Positions 1 through 14,629 of a DNA stretch of 64,000 nucleotides are shown piece by piece (the stretch's first letter is position 1; each line of letters begins with the position of its first letter). The notes under the pieces were generated by a model. That model had not been told where the DNA came from. It ran no database searches and was given only the letters and a program-made list of their open reading frames with translations. The stretch covers positions 310,001 through 374,000 of the forward strand of contig NC_043024.1 in assembly GCF_006345805.1 (NCBI RefSeq), given 5' to 3'. This DNA is from Octopus sinensis (taxonomy: Eukaryota). The translations under genes were made by a program, and so were the position numbers.

Positions 1-479
1 ATTAATGGAAATGGCTATAAGACGTAAAGACTACCAATTTGTTAATAATGAATAATTATTAACTTTCAACTCTACATTTTCTTTTCTTCATATAACTGGA
101 TATGAATTATATATATATATACATATATATATCTCTATATATATATATCTATATATATATATATATATGTATAAATATCTGAGATTTTTATGGTAGTTGA
201 AAAGACATTAGCATCTATTTCTAATTCAGAACATGGCGAGGCACTTAGCTGACCCCTGATTATAATTATAGAATATTTTGTTGTGTGTGTGTGTATGCAT
301 TTCTTTGTTAGCTCTATATAATCTTTGTTTCAGAAAATAATAATGGCAGATCCCCAGCTTACTCAAAAAATGAAGAGGCATGCTTGTTATCGTGGTTATA
401 AAGGATGAGTATAGCGATTTAGAAATATCTCCATTTTTAAAAGTCACCAAAGTTCATATGGATATTGGAGACCAAAGAT

Positions 480-1453
480 GGGAATGTATTAGCAGTATCA
501 GAAAGTAAAAAGGATTCTAAATGCTTTGAAATCATGAGGACACTTGAAGTTATCCAGAAAGTTCAACAGACCATTGATTACAATCTCAGATAATCCATGA
601 AGTCAATTGCGAAAGATCTCCAAGTGTCAGAAGGAACAATCAGAAATGTTGTCCACAAAGACAACAGATATAAGTCTTGTATGATGAGGAAAGATCAATC
701 TATGTCAGAAAAAGCAAAAGAAAATAGCTACATCAGATCTACGAGGCTCTTAACCAAACTGAAAAATCCAGCAGAAGATTTGATTTCGACCAAGATCAAA
801 AAGTCAACAGAAAAAAAAACGACAGACGATTATATGCAGACTCTTTTGAAGTTCCAAGCATTAAGTATACTAAATTTCCAGCAATGAAAAATATGCAATG
901 CCTCGTTATTTCTTTCCACAACGCCTTAGAAGTGTTAACTCTGCCGCCTACATTAAGGTCCTGGCAACCGTTGTTAAGCTCTGAATAGACAGTGTAAACA
1001 ATGGAAGGCCATGTATGTTTCAAGTAAGACTCTGCATCATCACAAACGGCTCAAGTAACACTGGAATGGATAGCTGAAAATTTTCATCATCATATAACCC
1101 CTAACATTTGGACTCCTAATTCCCCAGATCTCAATCCATTGGACTATTACATGCGGAGTGTTGTTGAGAAAGAAGTCAGTGAACATGCCCAGAGCACCAA
1201 AGATTCTTTGAAAGCTGCCATAGTCAGAGTAATGTCCAAAATGAACCAGGACCACTTGATTTGAGCATGGAGATGATTTAGATCTCATATAGAAGCAGTT
1301 GTTGAAGCTGAAGGTGGCTTCATTGAATAACATTATAGAAAAGAAGGTTTATTTTTATCCTCATAGCATTTTTTGATAAATAAAGTTATGTTATTATATA
1401 TCGTCTTTTTTTTTATGAACATAAATCTGTCCTCAAATATCTTACGCACTCTG
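480..1453 (+). mobile_element. Decayed Tc1/mariner (DD37D/maT-like) transposon
   Basis: HTH-like SIAKDLQVSEGTIRNVVHKD, WTPNSPDLNPLDYY (~1109-1150) and the C-terminal FRSHIEAVVEAEGGFIE*; multiple stops and frameshifts. Confidence 0.85.
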
Positions 1454-1454
1454 C

Positions 1455-1488
<34 letters not shown>

Positions 1489-1511
1489 ATATGTATGTGT
1501 ATATATATATA

Positions 1512-1546
<35 letters not shown>

Positions 1547-1574
1547 TCGTGCGTGTGTGTGAGTGTGCGTGTAT

Positions 1575-1737
1575 GATGGCTTCTTTCAGTTTCTCTCTAC
1601 CAAGTCTACACACAAGGCTTTGATCGCTCCGAGGCTGAAGTAAAAGATACTTGCTCAAGGTGTCACGCAGTGGGACTGAACCCAGGACCACATGGTCGGG
1701 AAGCAAGCTTCTTAACTACAGACCCAAGCCTGAGCCA
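1575..1737 (-). mobile_element. CORE-type tRNA-derived SINE (octopus OR-like); other copies at ~3780-3935, 20870-21000, 27820-27965, 28375-28510, 49185-49335, 51870-52025, 54517-54670, 58610-58775
   Basis: Recurrent sequence GTGTGGTAAGAAGCTTGCTTCCCAACCAC...GGTTCAGTCCC...GGCACCTTGGGCAAGTGTCTT with a microsatellite tail. Confidence 0.8.
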
Positions 1738-2089
1738 CATTGATACAAATTTCATCAGTAACAAAAAGAGAAGCACAATATTTAACAAAACAGGGTTTTA
1801 GGTTTATGCTTAGCCTCCAAATCATGCAAACGATAATATAATCGTTCCTACTAAAGGCACTGGACCTGAACTTTTGTGGGGAGCAGCTAATCAATTGTAT
1901 CGATCCCAGTTCTCAACTGGTACCTTTATCGAACTGGAAAAGGATGAAGGGCAATTTAGACCTCGGCAGAATTTGAACTCAGAGCGTTAAGACGGACGAC
2001 ATGCTAGTAAACATTTTGCCTGACATAGCAATGTCCTGGTGACAACAGGATCAAAGAGAAAGAAGAAGAAAAACTGAATGACTAGGACG

Positions 2090-2390
2090 ATTTCAAGTGG
2101 GAAATGCGAAGGTTGTGGCCAATGAAGTGAGTAGACGTGGTACCAATAGTAATTGGTGCATTTGGAAGTATCAGCACTCAGCTACCAACATGGCTGAAAA
2201 AGATTGGTGCAAGTGTGAAGGTAGAACACCTACAGAAATCGTCATTGCTTGGGACTGCAAGAATTCTTTGCAGGGTTCTTGAAGCATGACCAGTAAACAA
2301 GTGCCACCTTAGTCCCCTAGCTGTGGACAGCTGACACTTTCCATCATTCCCAGCAAAACAAGCTGTGAGTTTTCATAGAAGAAGAAGAAT
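2090..2390 (+). mobile_element. 3' fragment of R4/Dong-like (RLE) non-LTR retrotransposon
   Basis: Translates to VVPIVIGAFGSISTQLPTWLKKIG...VEHLQKSSLLGTARIL. Confidence 0.7.
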
Positions 2391-2960
2391 CCTTTCTACT
2401 ATAGGCACAAGCCTGAAATTTTGGGGGGAGGGGTTAAGTCGATTTCATCGTCCCCGTTACGTAACTGGTACTTAATTTATCAACCTCAAAAGGATGAAAA
2501 GCAAAGTCGACTTTGGCGGAATTTGAACTCAATACTCAAAACGTAAAGACGGACGAAATTCCGCTAAGCATTTCGTTCGGTGTGCTAATGATTCAGCCAT
2601 CTTGCGACCTCAATAATCGTTTCTACTCTGAGTTCAAGGCCTGGAATTTTACATCGACCCCCCCCCCCCGCTCAACTAGTACTTATTCTATCGATCCCGA
2701 AAGTATGAAAGGCTTGTCAATCTCAGCGGAATTTGAACTTACAACGAAACAAAATACCTATTTCTTTACTGCCCACAAAGGGTTAAACACAGAGAGGACG
2801 AACAAGGATAGATTATATCGACCCCAGTGCATAACTGGTACTTAATTTATCGACCCCGAAAGGAGGAAAAGCAAAGTCGACCCCGGCGGAATTTGAACTC
2901 AGAACATAACGGCAGATGAAATATGGCTACGCATTCCGCCCAGCGTGCTAACAATTCCGC
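2390..2960 (-). mobile_element. Cluster of three SINE copies (family with core GTCGACTTTGCCTTTCATCCTTTCGGGGTCGATAAATTAAGTACCAGT); other copies at ~1890-2030, 8450-8840, 11600-11790, 12940-13150, 26860-27050, 58088-58300
   Basis: Repeated GAGTTCAAATTCC B-box-like head plus the same central core at many dispersed loci. Confidence 0.8.
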
Positions 2961-3669
2961 CACCATCACAAACGACAACAGCATAAAACACTGAAATATC
3001 TGGGACACGTTTATAAGAAGCGGCCAACTTTCAGTGGATAATAATTCATTATCTGCATAGAATGGGAGGAAATGGCCATCAGGTAGTCTATGATCTGTTC
3101 AGTGAGCACTTCCGGAAATAAGAATAATTAAATTAAGTGATCATCCCCTGCTTATAAATACAATCAACAGCTGGAAGTTTGCAGCTGCAGGTGACACATA
3201 AATATCTATACTCACATGCAATACATCTCTGTAGGAAATAATGGATACATTTTTATGTGAATATATTTATACATGGTTGGGTGGGTGTGTGTGTATGTGT
3301 GCGTGACCATATATGGCATTATAGCATGTCATAAATATGTATGTATACTGGCATTCCGTCGGTTACGACGACGAGTGTTCCAGTTAAGCCAATCAATGAA
3401 CCAGTCTGCTCGTTAAAATTAACGTGCAAGTGGTTGAGTACTCCACAGACACTTGTACGCTTAATGTGGTTCTCAGGGAGATTCAGCATGACACAGAATG
3501 TCACACGGCTGGCCCTTTGAAATACTGATACTACTCATTTGTGCCCAACTGAGTGGACTGAAGCAATGTGAATTAAAGGGTCTTGCTCAAGGTCAACCAA
3601 CAATTGAACTCACAATCTTACGACCGTGAGCCAAATAAACTTAACCACTGAGCCATGCACTTCGATATA

Positions 3670-3746
<77 letters not shown>

Positions 3747-3930
3747 TATATATACAGACATGTAGACACATATATAGGCACAAGTGTGGCTGTGTGGTAA
3801 GAAGCTAGCTCTCCAACCACATGCTTCCAGGTTCAGTTCCATTGCTTGGCACCTTTGGCAAGTGTCTTCCACTATAGCCTCGGGACGACCAAAGCTTTGT
3901 GAATGGATTTTGTAGACAGAAACTGACAGA

Positions 3931-3980
<50 letters not shown>

Positions 3981-4408
3981 TATACATATATATGTATCCA
4001 TATTTATATATACAAGCACATATATAAATACACATGCATATATAAATACACATGCATATATTTTTACAAACATACATACATATATATATATAAACACATA
4101 TATATATACATACATACGTGTGTGTGTGTTTTTCTGTCTGTCCCAAATGAATTTCAGAAATCAATTTAACTCATTCCATGCGTGTTTTTGATAAAACTCT
4201 TCAGCGACCAGCCTCATCATTACCAACAGAGGTATTAACATCATCGCCATATACACCGCCTCAACCAAAGAAATACACATACGTATAAAACAACTCACAT
4301 TCACATATGCACATACTTACACACACTGACATATGCATATATATATATATACGTGTGTGTGTGTGTATATATATATATATTAACGTATGTATTTATATAT
4401 ATATATAC

Positions 4409-4467
<59 letters not shown>

Positions 4468-5092
4468 CGTATGTATTTATATATAAAACGAAAATAGAGG
4501 TATACTCATTAAAATATAGAGGGGAAAAATAACGGAATAAAGCGAATATAAAATAAAACGTAAAGCAGCGACCGTTGACTGGATAATTGTAAGTGTATGC
4601 AGATCGATTAGCGGTGAAAGTTCGCTGGTAAATGTTTTTAAAAACGGTTTCTAAGGCTACATAATGTGCCTCAAGTAGTAAAGATGAGAACTACATCGGC
4701 CTGACTACCGCATTCTTTACAAGAAGATAAAATGAAAAAGAAACGAATCAATTTTAAAGAACGAAATGTATGTGATATTAAGAATATAGAAAGGGGGAAT
4801 GATGTTTAATGTAAGTGTGTATGTATTATGTACATACTTCAAGTGTGTACGGCATGCATATTTGCATAAGTATGTAATGATCTACATACGTAGCAAATAA
4901 AAATCTGAATTGGAGAAGTGTACTGGTGATCTGCGTCAGCAAAAATTATTGAACAGAGTTCATAACTTTTGGATCAGTTTATTCTTTTTTTTTTCTATTA
5001 TTTGTTTTAATCCTTTGACAGTGAAGGTGCGAAAGCCCTGTGGTTAGGGTGTTCCACTTGCAATCATTGCAAGATTGTGGTTGTGTGTAGAT

Positions 5093-6240
5093 TAGGCAGG
5101 CATAATTCGCCCGTGCCTTTCAATCTCAGTATTTAAGCTACGTATAGTGCTACTACTGTGGTACACTTGCTACATACACTCCTACAACACCGTTTTCTAT
5201 ACCTGTTACAAAGGCAGAAGTAAATCTGTCCCCAGTTTAGTCACGTGCCTGTTGCGTTTGTTTTGTGTGTTTTACTTTCAGTTTTAGGGACCTAAAACAA
5301 CAGAAAGGAACAGAAATTATTACAGCATTTCAAACTGCTTGGAACAGCAAGAAAGGGTGGTGGTTCGGTTGTGCTACAACAAAAGGGCTCTTTTGTTTCC
5401 CATGTTTGCTGTTTTCTGTGTCCAGTGGAAGTGTGTGGGTAAAAGAAGGATATTGGGATTTAAATCATTTGCCCAATGCTTTGAGTAAACACAAACGATC
5501 GGCAGCACATTATGAAAGCCAAATATCATTGGAAATATTTGGATCTGCATGAATCGAATTGCTCTTAGATAAACAGAAGTCTGTCAGCACTGAAGTTCCC
5601 AATAAAAAGGTTAAAGAGAACAGAGAGATATATTAAAAAAATTGATTTGTGCTACTTGTTTCTTGATTAAACAGGAATTTGCTTTTCACGGAGATAATGA
5701 ACAGAAATCATCGTTAAATCACAGGAACTATGTTGAGTTACTGAACTTCATTGCAAAATTTGATAACAAATTAACACATTTACAGAATTCATCAGATTTT
5801 TCTGGCCTTTCTAATAAGATACAAAATGACTTGATAGAAGCAGTAGACACAATCATAGAAAATAATATTAAAGAAGTCGCCACATAAGCCTCGTTCATTG
5901 CCACAGAAGGGGATGAAACGACAGACATTTCACGTACAGCTCAGTACTCTTCAGTATTGAGGTACTCTGATATCAAAAAAGTATTTATAGGATTTGACAT
6001 TCTTAAGGACAGAACTGTTGGAGGTGTAACAGAGTGTATATTTAATGATTTGGATAAATATGACTGTTGTGAGAAACTTGTAGAGCAGACGTACGATGGG
6101 ACAATAGTGATGGCACCCAATTTAAATGGGTTTCAAGTTAAAGTAAGAGAAAAGGTACCAACAGCTTTATTTACTCAATGTTTGGCTCATAAGTTAAATC
6201 TTGTTCTATCTCAGTCAGCAAAATTCACACCTGAGTCTAC
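5093..6240 (+). mobile_element. Decayed hAT transposase (ZMYM1-like; TTF zinc finger plus DUF4371)
   Basis: LFCFPCLLF, FHGDNE...NYVELL, SNKIQNDLIE, DETTDIS, QTYDG, CLAHKLNL; interrupted by stops and truncated by a SINE at ~6245. Confidence 0.85.
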
Positions 6241-6984
6241 AAGCTTTGTATGTTTGTGTGTGTATGTATGTGTACTTTGTATCTGTGTGTTTGTGTTCGT
6301 ATCCCACTGCTGCTAGACATCCAGTGTTGGTTTGTCCATGTCCCCGTAACTTAGCAGTTTGGCAAAACAGACCGATAGAATAAGTACTGGGTTTGATTTG
6401 TTCGACTACCCCTTCAAAGTGGTGCTCCAGCGTGGCCACAGCCTAAAGATTAAAACAATTAAGAGATTGAAGATAAAAGAACTTTTCCTTCAATTTATCC
6501 ACCAAGAATCGTGTGTAGAATTGCCTTCAACACTGGTCCACTTACAACGTTTTAATGGTCCTGTTGCTCTGTGGAAATGGCCACATAACGTAACTCGCAT
6601 TTGTTGTTAGATGTTATTTCTGGAATGTTTCCTGCTTGCTCCACTAATGGAACACGGCTAAAACATCGTAGATCAATCTTTTCATTAGGAAATAGCAAAA
6701 TCTGATCGATAAATGGAGAAACCGGAAGTAGAAAGTGTCTCTGTTGCTTCTGTTTGACTTTTCTTTTTGACATGGGTGATCACAATTGACGAAGCAGATA
6801 AAACATTGGTCGTTATTCTCTACATGGCTTACGGCTTAGTCATATCTCGTTTATATCATGTTACATCTCGTTAACTTCTCGTTGGTGGTGTTGTGGTGGT
6901 GGGGAGAGTTATAGGCAGATGATGATCCGTTCAACATCCACACCTTGCCGTTTTCTTAGATGATACAGCAAATAAAACATAGCT

Positions 6985-7445
6985 GGACAGACGGATAGAC
7001 AGACAGACAGACAGGTAGATATGCAGGTAGATAGATAGATAGATTAGATAGACAGACAGACAGATGTACAGGTATGTAGGTAGATAGGCAGATATAGATG
7101 GATAGATAAGTAGATAGATACGCAGACAGATAGATAGATTAGACAGACAGATAGATGTACAGGTATGTAGGTAGATAGACAGATAGATAGATAGATAGAT
7201 TAGATAGATAGATGTACAGGTATGTAGGTAGATAGACAGATAGATAGATAGATATAGATTAGATAGATAGATGTACAGGTATGTAGGTAGATAGACAGAT
7301 AGATAGATAGATATAGATTAGATAGATAGATGTACAGGTATGTAGGTAGATAGACATGCAGGTAGACAGATAGATATAGATGGATAGATAGACAGACAGA
7401 TAGATATACAGGTATGTAGGTAGATAGACAGATAGATAGATAGAT
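6985..7445. repeat. (GATA/GACA)n-derived minisatellite
   Basis: Repeated GATGTACAGGTATGTAGGTAGATAGACAGATAGAT units of about 50-56 bp. Confidence 0.9.
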
Positions 7446-10400
7446 CTAAATGGTAGATTTATATAATAATTTGCAACTACAATATTGAATGCTAAAACCT
7501 ATGTTCTTTTTCCCCACTTCCCTCTCTTTCATTTTCTCTCTCATTATCATCATCATCAACATATCTGTCACATACACGTACAGAAGTATGCATTCATACG
7601 CACATGAATATGTTGTATGTCACTATGTTATACATATATACGTGTGTGTATGCATGTATGTATGTATTTATGTATGGAGGCAATTATACGGATAGACATA
7701 TCAGATATATCAAATATAACAGTTTGGGTAAGAAATACGAAATATGTTTCTATGGATAAATGCAAAACGAAAGAAAGCAAAAAGTGGAAACTTTCAGATG
7801 ATGGATATTTATATAAATAGGTCCAATTTAGAGCGAGTACAAATGACAGGGAAAATTAAAGGGGTGGAAGAAAGGTGTTATAAGTGCATTTACATATTTG
7901 TGCTTGCAAGTATGTATGTATGCTCCCGAATATTTTTCACCATTAAAAGTCTTTCTGTGAGAAAGGAGTTTCTAACAAAGATGCAAATCTCTGGAGTTGG
8001 AATGGAGATAATGAAAACAATGTCACATTTTGAACTTGAGAAACATTTCGCGTATTTTCACTGTTCCACTTACAAATTAGTTGGTTGCTTTTTTCTTCTG
8101 AAAACCCCGGCTTGTCCAAACCGTGAGTTAGGCATTTAATGATTAATAACTAAGGGCACCAATCATTATTGGTATAAATGTCAATTCATAATCTGGAGGT
8201 TTCACAGCAGCTGTCCATGGTTGTCCTCTTTCACTTTGATTTTCAAAAAATATTCACATAAGCAGGACAGCTGACCTCTTTGATGCTATGTACTTCTTTT
8301 TGTCACTTGACCTGTTATGTATGCATACATTATGTTCATACCCACGAGACCTGGTATGACTTTAAACTGCTCCCGAGTGTGGGGCTCTGCTTCGGGAATT
8401 CCAGGGTTCTTAACAGTGTGGAACGACCCCTTGGCCACAATTGTTCCCAGGCAAGCTGGCAGAACTGTTAGCAAGCCGGGCGAAATGCTTAGCAGTATTT
8501 TGTCTGCTGCTATGTTCTGAGTTCAAATTCCGCCAAAGTCGCCTTTGCTTTTCATCATTTCGGGGTTGATTAAATAAGTACCAGTTACGCACTGGGGTCG
8601 ATATAATCGACTTAATCCGTTTGTCTGTCCTTGTTTGTCCCTTCTGCATTTAGCCCCTTGTGGGTAGTAAAGAAATAGGTATTTCATCTGCCGTTACATC
8701 TGAGTTCAAATTCCACCGAGGTCAACTTTGCCTTTCATCCTTTCGGGGTCAATTAAACAAGAACCAGTTATGCACTGGGGTCGATGTAATCAACAACCCC
8801 CACCCCCAAAATTGCTGGCCTTGTGCCCAAAATTTTAAGCCAATATTTCAATTTGTGATGTTTGTTGAGTTTTGTGTTAAGGACATACTAGTCTGTCCTA
8901 TGTAGTTATCTTCACATCTCAAGCACGGAATTGCATAGATTAAGTTTTCAGATGCACAGCTCAAGTAGTATTTTTTATTGTGAATCGTTGTCCTTGTTTC
9001 AAACAGATTTCCAATTATTCTGACAGTTTAAACCTACAATAGGTCAAGCTATCATATCAGTCTCACAAAGGTGCTTTCAGCTCCATCCTTCTTTTCTTTC
9101 ATCTTAGTTTAAAATATAAACATCAATCACATCAGTCAAACAAAGGCAGTTTCTGTATATCCTAGACCCTTCTCTTCTTCTTCTTCTTCTTATTATTATT
9201 ATTATTATCTTAGTTTAAAATAGAAATCTCATTAACTTTAAAATGTATCTTCAAACATTATCACCAGAAACTTTGATCTCGGGTTTTAAAAATCATTTAA
9301 AATTCTTTAAGGAAATGTTTAAAAAGAGAGCATTTTGAGGTTACTGCATGAAAGGAGGGCAGAAAATTGACGTCATCTTTGTTTTACTACTACTACTAAT
9401 AATAATAATAATGTTATTGTTATTGATGTTATTAATATATCATCCTTATCATCATCATTGTTGTTGTTGTTGTTTTTGTTGATATTAAATCATCATCATC
9501 AGTCATCTGATTAAAACTAAATCAATAGTTGTGTGATTGATTCATTATAACGAAAGACTAATCTTTAGATCTTCATTAAGACCTCACACACCATCACCCA
9601 CACCACCTCCTACACCATCGCCACCTCATCTCCTACACCAACACACCCACCACCAACAACAGCAACACTAACATCAAGACAAACAATAATTTTTGTTTTT
9701 CTTTCATTCTGTGAAAGTGACACATCTGCTGTGTTGGCCGGTGAGTCGGTTGGTTGGTGGGAAGAAAATTCTTGAGAAACATGGACGATGTAAGGGTTAA
9801 CATAAGCTGTTGTTGTCATTAGAGTTCTTGTTGTTGTCATCACTGCCGTCCTCATTATCGATGCTGTGATGATGTTGTTATTGTTGGGATCTTGTTAAAT
9901 TCTTTCCAACAGAATTTTCTGAACTAATCATCAGATTTTTTGTTTCAAATGTTTTTCCTACACTGATTGTAGCTTTGCATACTGATGACAAAAAATCAAA
10001 TTAATTTTATCTAGAAATTAATAATAAAAAAGAAAGTTATGGGCGTTTTAAATTACATATTCTTAACTAGTCGGAAGCTTCCATTGCTAACATAGCGGAA
10101 GTTGCAACTTTCTGTTTCTATGGAAATTAGCAAACAAAACGATAAGACAACGAAGACAAAATCCTTTATATGGTCTCTCGACCTACTAGAAACAGCAGCC
10201 AAAACTTAATATCTATAAGACAAAACAGATGACGCGTATAACAGGGGTGGGAGTAGACTGATTCCAAAAATAAGATGGAATTGGTTTGAATGCCATTGAT
10301 CAGAGTTGCACCTGATCAAGAATTGGTCTTTTCCTTCATAATCAGAGGACCCAAAAGAATGCGACACTAAATATGATTATTATATGTGATAAACACGTTA

Positions 10401-13149
10401 TATGTATTATGATAAGGTACCCTTAATCGTAAAGCTAAGGGAGCTGCAAATAAATAGCAAACACCCATATGAACACACACACACACACACATGCATACAT
10501 ACATGGCTGTGTTACGTTGTCTGCACACAGGACACAAATATTAGGTACAAACACCCCTACACAAAGTCTTGATATTCAATATTCAAATAATATTGTTAGG
10601 TTGTGCGGACTATACCCAACTAGCAAGGTGCCTCAATTTAAGTACCTAATTCAACTGAATCTTGATTATATTTTACATACATACATACATTTGCATGAAG
10701 AGTCGTTCTTTTGAATAACTAATCTTGCCCCCTAAAAGTTCTTGCTATTAAAATAGTTTTCTTCCAATAAAACCAGAGAAGCGTCTTCTTGGAAAAGATC
10801 GTAGCATGAATAAAAAATGGTGGAATTAAACAGAAGTTCAACCCTTTTGTTTCCATATTCCTGCTGAAATACGCTACTTTTGCTTCGGTTAATTCCCAAA
10901 CTAATGAAGAATTTATCCAAAGAATTTTGTTATTTTTAAGCTGGTGCTTGGAACATAAATATGAAATTTTGATGGAAAATTTTAATAATGATCTCTTTAA
11001 AATTTTTGTCACCGAATCAGAAGCACTCACGGGTAGGTTGGTACTAAACAGGTTAACATGTGATTTACTACTATACACCCTTAATAACACAGAAACTGGG
11101 GTCAGCTCCCACAAATCCCAAGAACTGTGTTAACATAACCAAAAGAGACATTACTTTGTTAAGTAACCGGTTTACCAGCTTGAATTCTGTGAAAATAAAA
11201 CTTAAATATCAAAGAAAAGCAAATTTTATGATGTGATGTGATAATATTTACTTAAAGAATTAAATTAGGAGACTTTTATGCAAATATGTTTTGTTGTTAA
11301 ACAAACACAACATCAAAATTTGTTATATTCAAATGAAATGTTAAAATTCTTTTGAGTATTGATCGTGAAGCTTTGAGAAATAAATCAGTTGTCAAGTTAA
11401 CGAATTCTGCAGTGATAACGTCTCGAAATTCTTGGTTCTTGGAGAGTTGCTGTTGGTGAATAGTATTCCTAAGATATCAACGCAAGAAACAATTTTTCTT
11501 TTTTTTTTTAAATAAGTGCCATCAAATTAGGAGCTCTTCATAGAATGGCTCTTCATGTCCAGTGACCAGTCAAGTGCTCATTTCTATTATCATTATTATT
11601 TAGGCGGTGAGCTGGCAGAATCATTAGCGCACCAGGCAAGATGCTTAGCGATGTTTCAACCATTGCTATTGACATCGACTTTGCCTTTCATCCTTTCGGG
11701 GTCGATAAATTAAGTACCAGTGCTACACTGGGGTCAATGTATTCAACTAGTCCCCTTCTTCCAAATTTCAAGCCTTGTACCTTTAGCAGAAAGGATTTAT
11801 TATTATTATCATTATTATTATTATTGAGTGAAAGAGCAGTTCATGCCATCAAAGTGACACTAGGGTACAAATATACAAAGCCCAGTATATCCATCATGAC
11901 TACCCGTCTGGTAAGGGTACACCAGGTACATGTATCACAACTGTGTGTGTGTGTGTGTGACATGGTGATCTCATATCAAGATAAACAGCACAATGACCTT
12001 GCAGATGGAGCCCAGTTAGAATTTTCTTCAGGTTGAATAGCCCATCTTGCTCAAAAGGTCCCTGAATAAGGGTTGTTTAAGGATGTTGAACGAAGCACCC
12101 ATGTTTCCAAAGGTGAATTATCGAAACTCCAGAGAATTCCTCAACACATGGCTTCGAGGTCAGCTCATGAAAAAAAACCCATAAAAACCATGGGTACTCT
12201 GATTTTGGGGGGTAGGTGCCTTTTTTCCTTCTCTTTTCTCCAACTACGGGCGTATGCTCCCCGGTAGCGAGAGATTTCTGAAAGTTATCCGTTGGTCCCA
12301 AAGAATGGCCAGCTGATCTTCATCGATGCCCAAGGCCTCCTCACATACGTCGTCGCACTTTCCATCCATTCCACAAATACTCTATCGAAAGCTTAAGTGG
12401 ACATTCCACAATAATAATCATTTCATTTGCCTCAACACAGAAAATACGGGAGTCTCCCTGCTGCAGGCGGCTGAAAGTAGCACATTAGAAGCCCTCAAAG
12501 GAAATTTTTCCCGGATGCAAAAACCTCAGCTTCTGGCGTTTAAACAACACATGTACTTTTAAAGTGTAGTATTGATAATGTTTGCATAACAGAGCGACTT
12601 CTGTTGCCTAATTCAAATTTATTCTGACCATTATTATCGCTACTGATAACTTGTCAAAGACAATCTAATCATTGCGATCTACTAATTTAACTTTTATGAC
12701 ATTTTTACAACTTTCCTGTCTCTGTTATGATAGATTGTGCAGTAGTAAAAGTGTTACAGCATCGAACATAATACCGCAAGTTTTTAGTGATAGGCTTTTA
12801 CTTTCTCAGATAAAAGAACCCAGACTGGAAAATGCCATGTGTTTAAACAACACAGAGGCAACTATAGATATATTAAATACCATACAATCGACAATGCTTG
12901 GTTTATTAAGATTATCTCCACCTTTAGAGGGTGTCTCAAAGGTGGAGAACTGGCAGAACCGTTAGCATGCCGGGCAATATGCTTAGTGGTATTTCGTCTG
13001 CCATTACGTTCTGAGTTCAAATTCCACCGAGGTCGACTTTGCCTTTCATCCTTTTGGGGTCGATAAATTAAGTACCAGTTATGCACTGGGGTCGATGTAA
13101 TCGACTTAATCTGTTTGTCTGTCCTTGTTTGTCCTCTCTGTGTTTAGCC

Positions 13150-13448
13150 AGACAACATCCTATCACTAACCCTAACCCTAAATTTTAGCCTTTCGTTTTT
13201 TAATTGTTAAATTAATTTAAGGATAACAATTAAGAAAACAAAAACGAAAGCAATGGAAAATAATTTTAATTTAACAATTAAGAAAGAAAAAAACGAAAGG
13301 CTAAAACGAAAGCAAAAACTCAAAACAAAAACAAAACGAATAATTTTAGACACACGTGTAACAATTAAATTAATTTAACAATTAAGAAAAAAGAAACGAA
13401 AGGCTAAAATTTAGGGTTAGGGTGAGGGTTAGCGACAGGATGTTGTCT
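13150..13448. mobile_element. Palindromic MITE-like element with telomere-like repeats in its arms
   Basis: AGACAACATCCT..CTAACCCTAACCCTAAATTTTAGCCTTTCGTTT at the left end and its reverse complement at the right end. Confidence 0.7.
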
Positions 13449-14469
13449 CATTTTAGACACAACAAATGATTTTAGCTCAAAAGAGGCCATTAATTGGTTA
13501 AAATTCAAAAAATTAAACTATGTTAAACTTACAAATTACAATTTTCTCAAGAAAGCCAAGAGAAAAAAGTGTTTTATTTTGACACATTCTACCAGTATAT
13601 GAAGTTAAAAGTGTTTATTTAACTAGAAATTGTGTTGAAAACTGCTGTTCAAAAGGAAAAGATCCAAAAATATATATACCAGCGATAGTTACATGGCAGA
13701 AAAAACATACTATTGGGATCTATGACAATTTAACTAGTATGTAGCAATCTGTGGCTGGTCCATGACAACTGGAAAAATAATTGTGCTATATTCATGACAA
13801 TAAAGTCAGAGTCTGCTATCTGCCAACGGTTGGTGATGAAATGAAAATGGACACGTCAAGCCTTAACGTTCTATGGCAAGGCATGAAATGTGTGAATGAG
13901 TCGGCCACTCTCAACATTTGGCAAAGAGTTTGGCGTTAAAAGCAGTTTTATATAAAGCACAACGATAAAGTTCTAGACAGTCGAATCATGTAACGGTTTG
14001 ACACTGACTGGTCAGTTAACCGGTCGATCGTGTGAAACTACTGTGGCTTAGTCGTGATATCTATTCGGCTATCCAACGATTCGGTTTTGAATCTGCTACA
14101 ACATCAATGTGCAATGTTTGATCGGTAAACAAAAATGATGCAATTGTTTCTCAATGTTGATTGGCGACAAAACGTGGTTTGATCTTGTTTCGGTGCCGAC
14201 TGACTCTCGAACAGGAGGTAATGAAATGCGTAGTTATTCCCACGTACAAATTTTATATATTCTTAGTTTTCTAATTATCTATATTAGTGTAAACAAATAA
14301 ACAATCAATTTTGAAGCAACATCGGTTAGACTGTAATAAAATATCATTTGAAGATGGCTGCAGAAATAATTACGAAATGGAAAGTGGCACAAAGCCAATA
14401 CACAACGACTGAGGAAGAAATTGTTCAGACTTTTGGACAGCAAAGCGTCTGTGTGTACATGCATGTGTG

Positions 14470-14500
<31 letters not shown>

Positions 14501-14629
14501 ATATAAATATGCATATATATATATAAATACATATATGCATATATACTTTTTTGCGCACACGCATACATACTTATATATTCTTTTACTTGTTTCAGTCATT
14601 TGACTGTGGCCATGCCGGAGCACCAATGC

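Noticed and set aside
4200-4230. Hammerhead at CUGAAGAG (minus strand, ~4198-4205)
   Set aside because: No GAAA or paired stems could be built; too degenerate
5265-6316. Domesticated ZMYM1/ZBED host gene
   Set aside because: Several stops and frameshifts plus truncation indicate a dead hAT copy
6480-6900. Possible coding fragment on the minus strand (MSKRKVKQK...)
   Set aside because: No recognisable family, short and interrupted; cannot be supported without a database search
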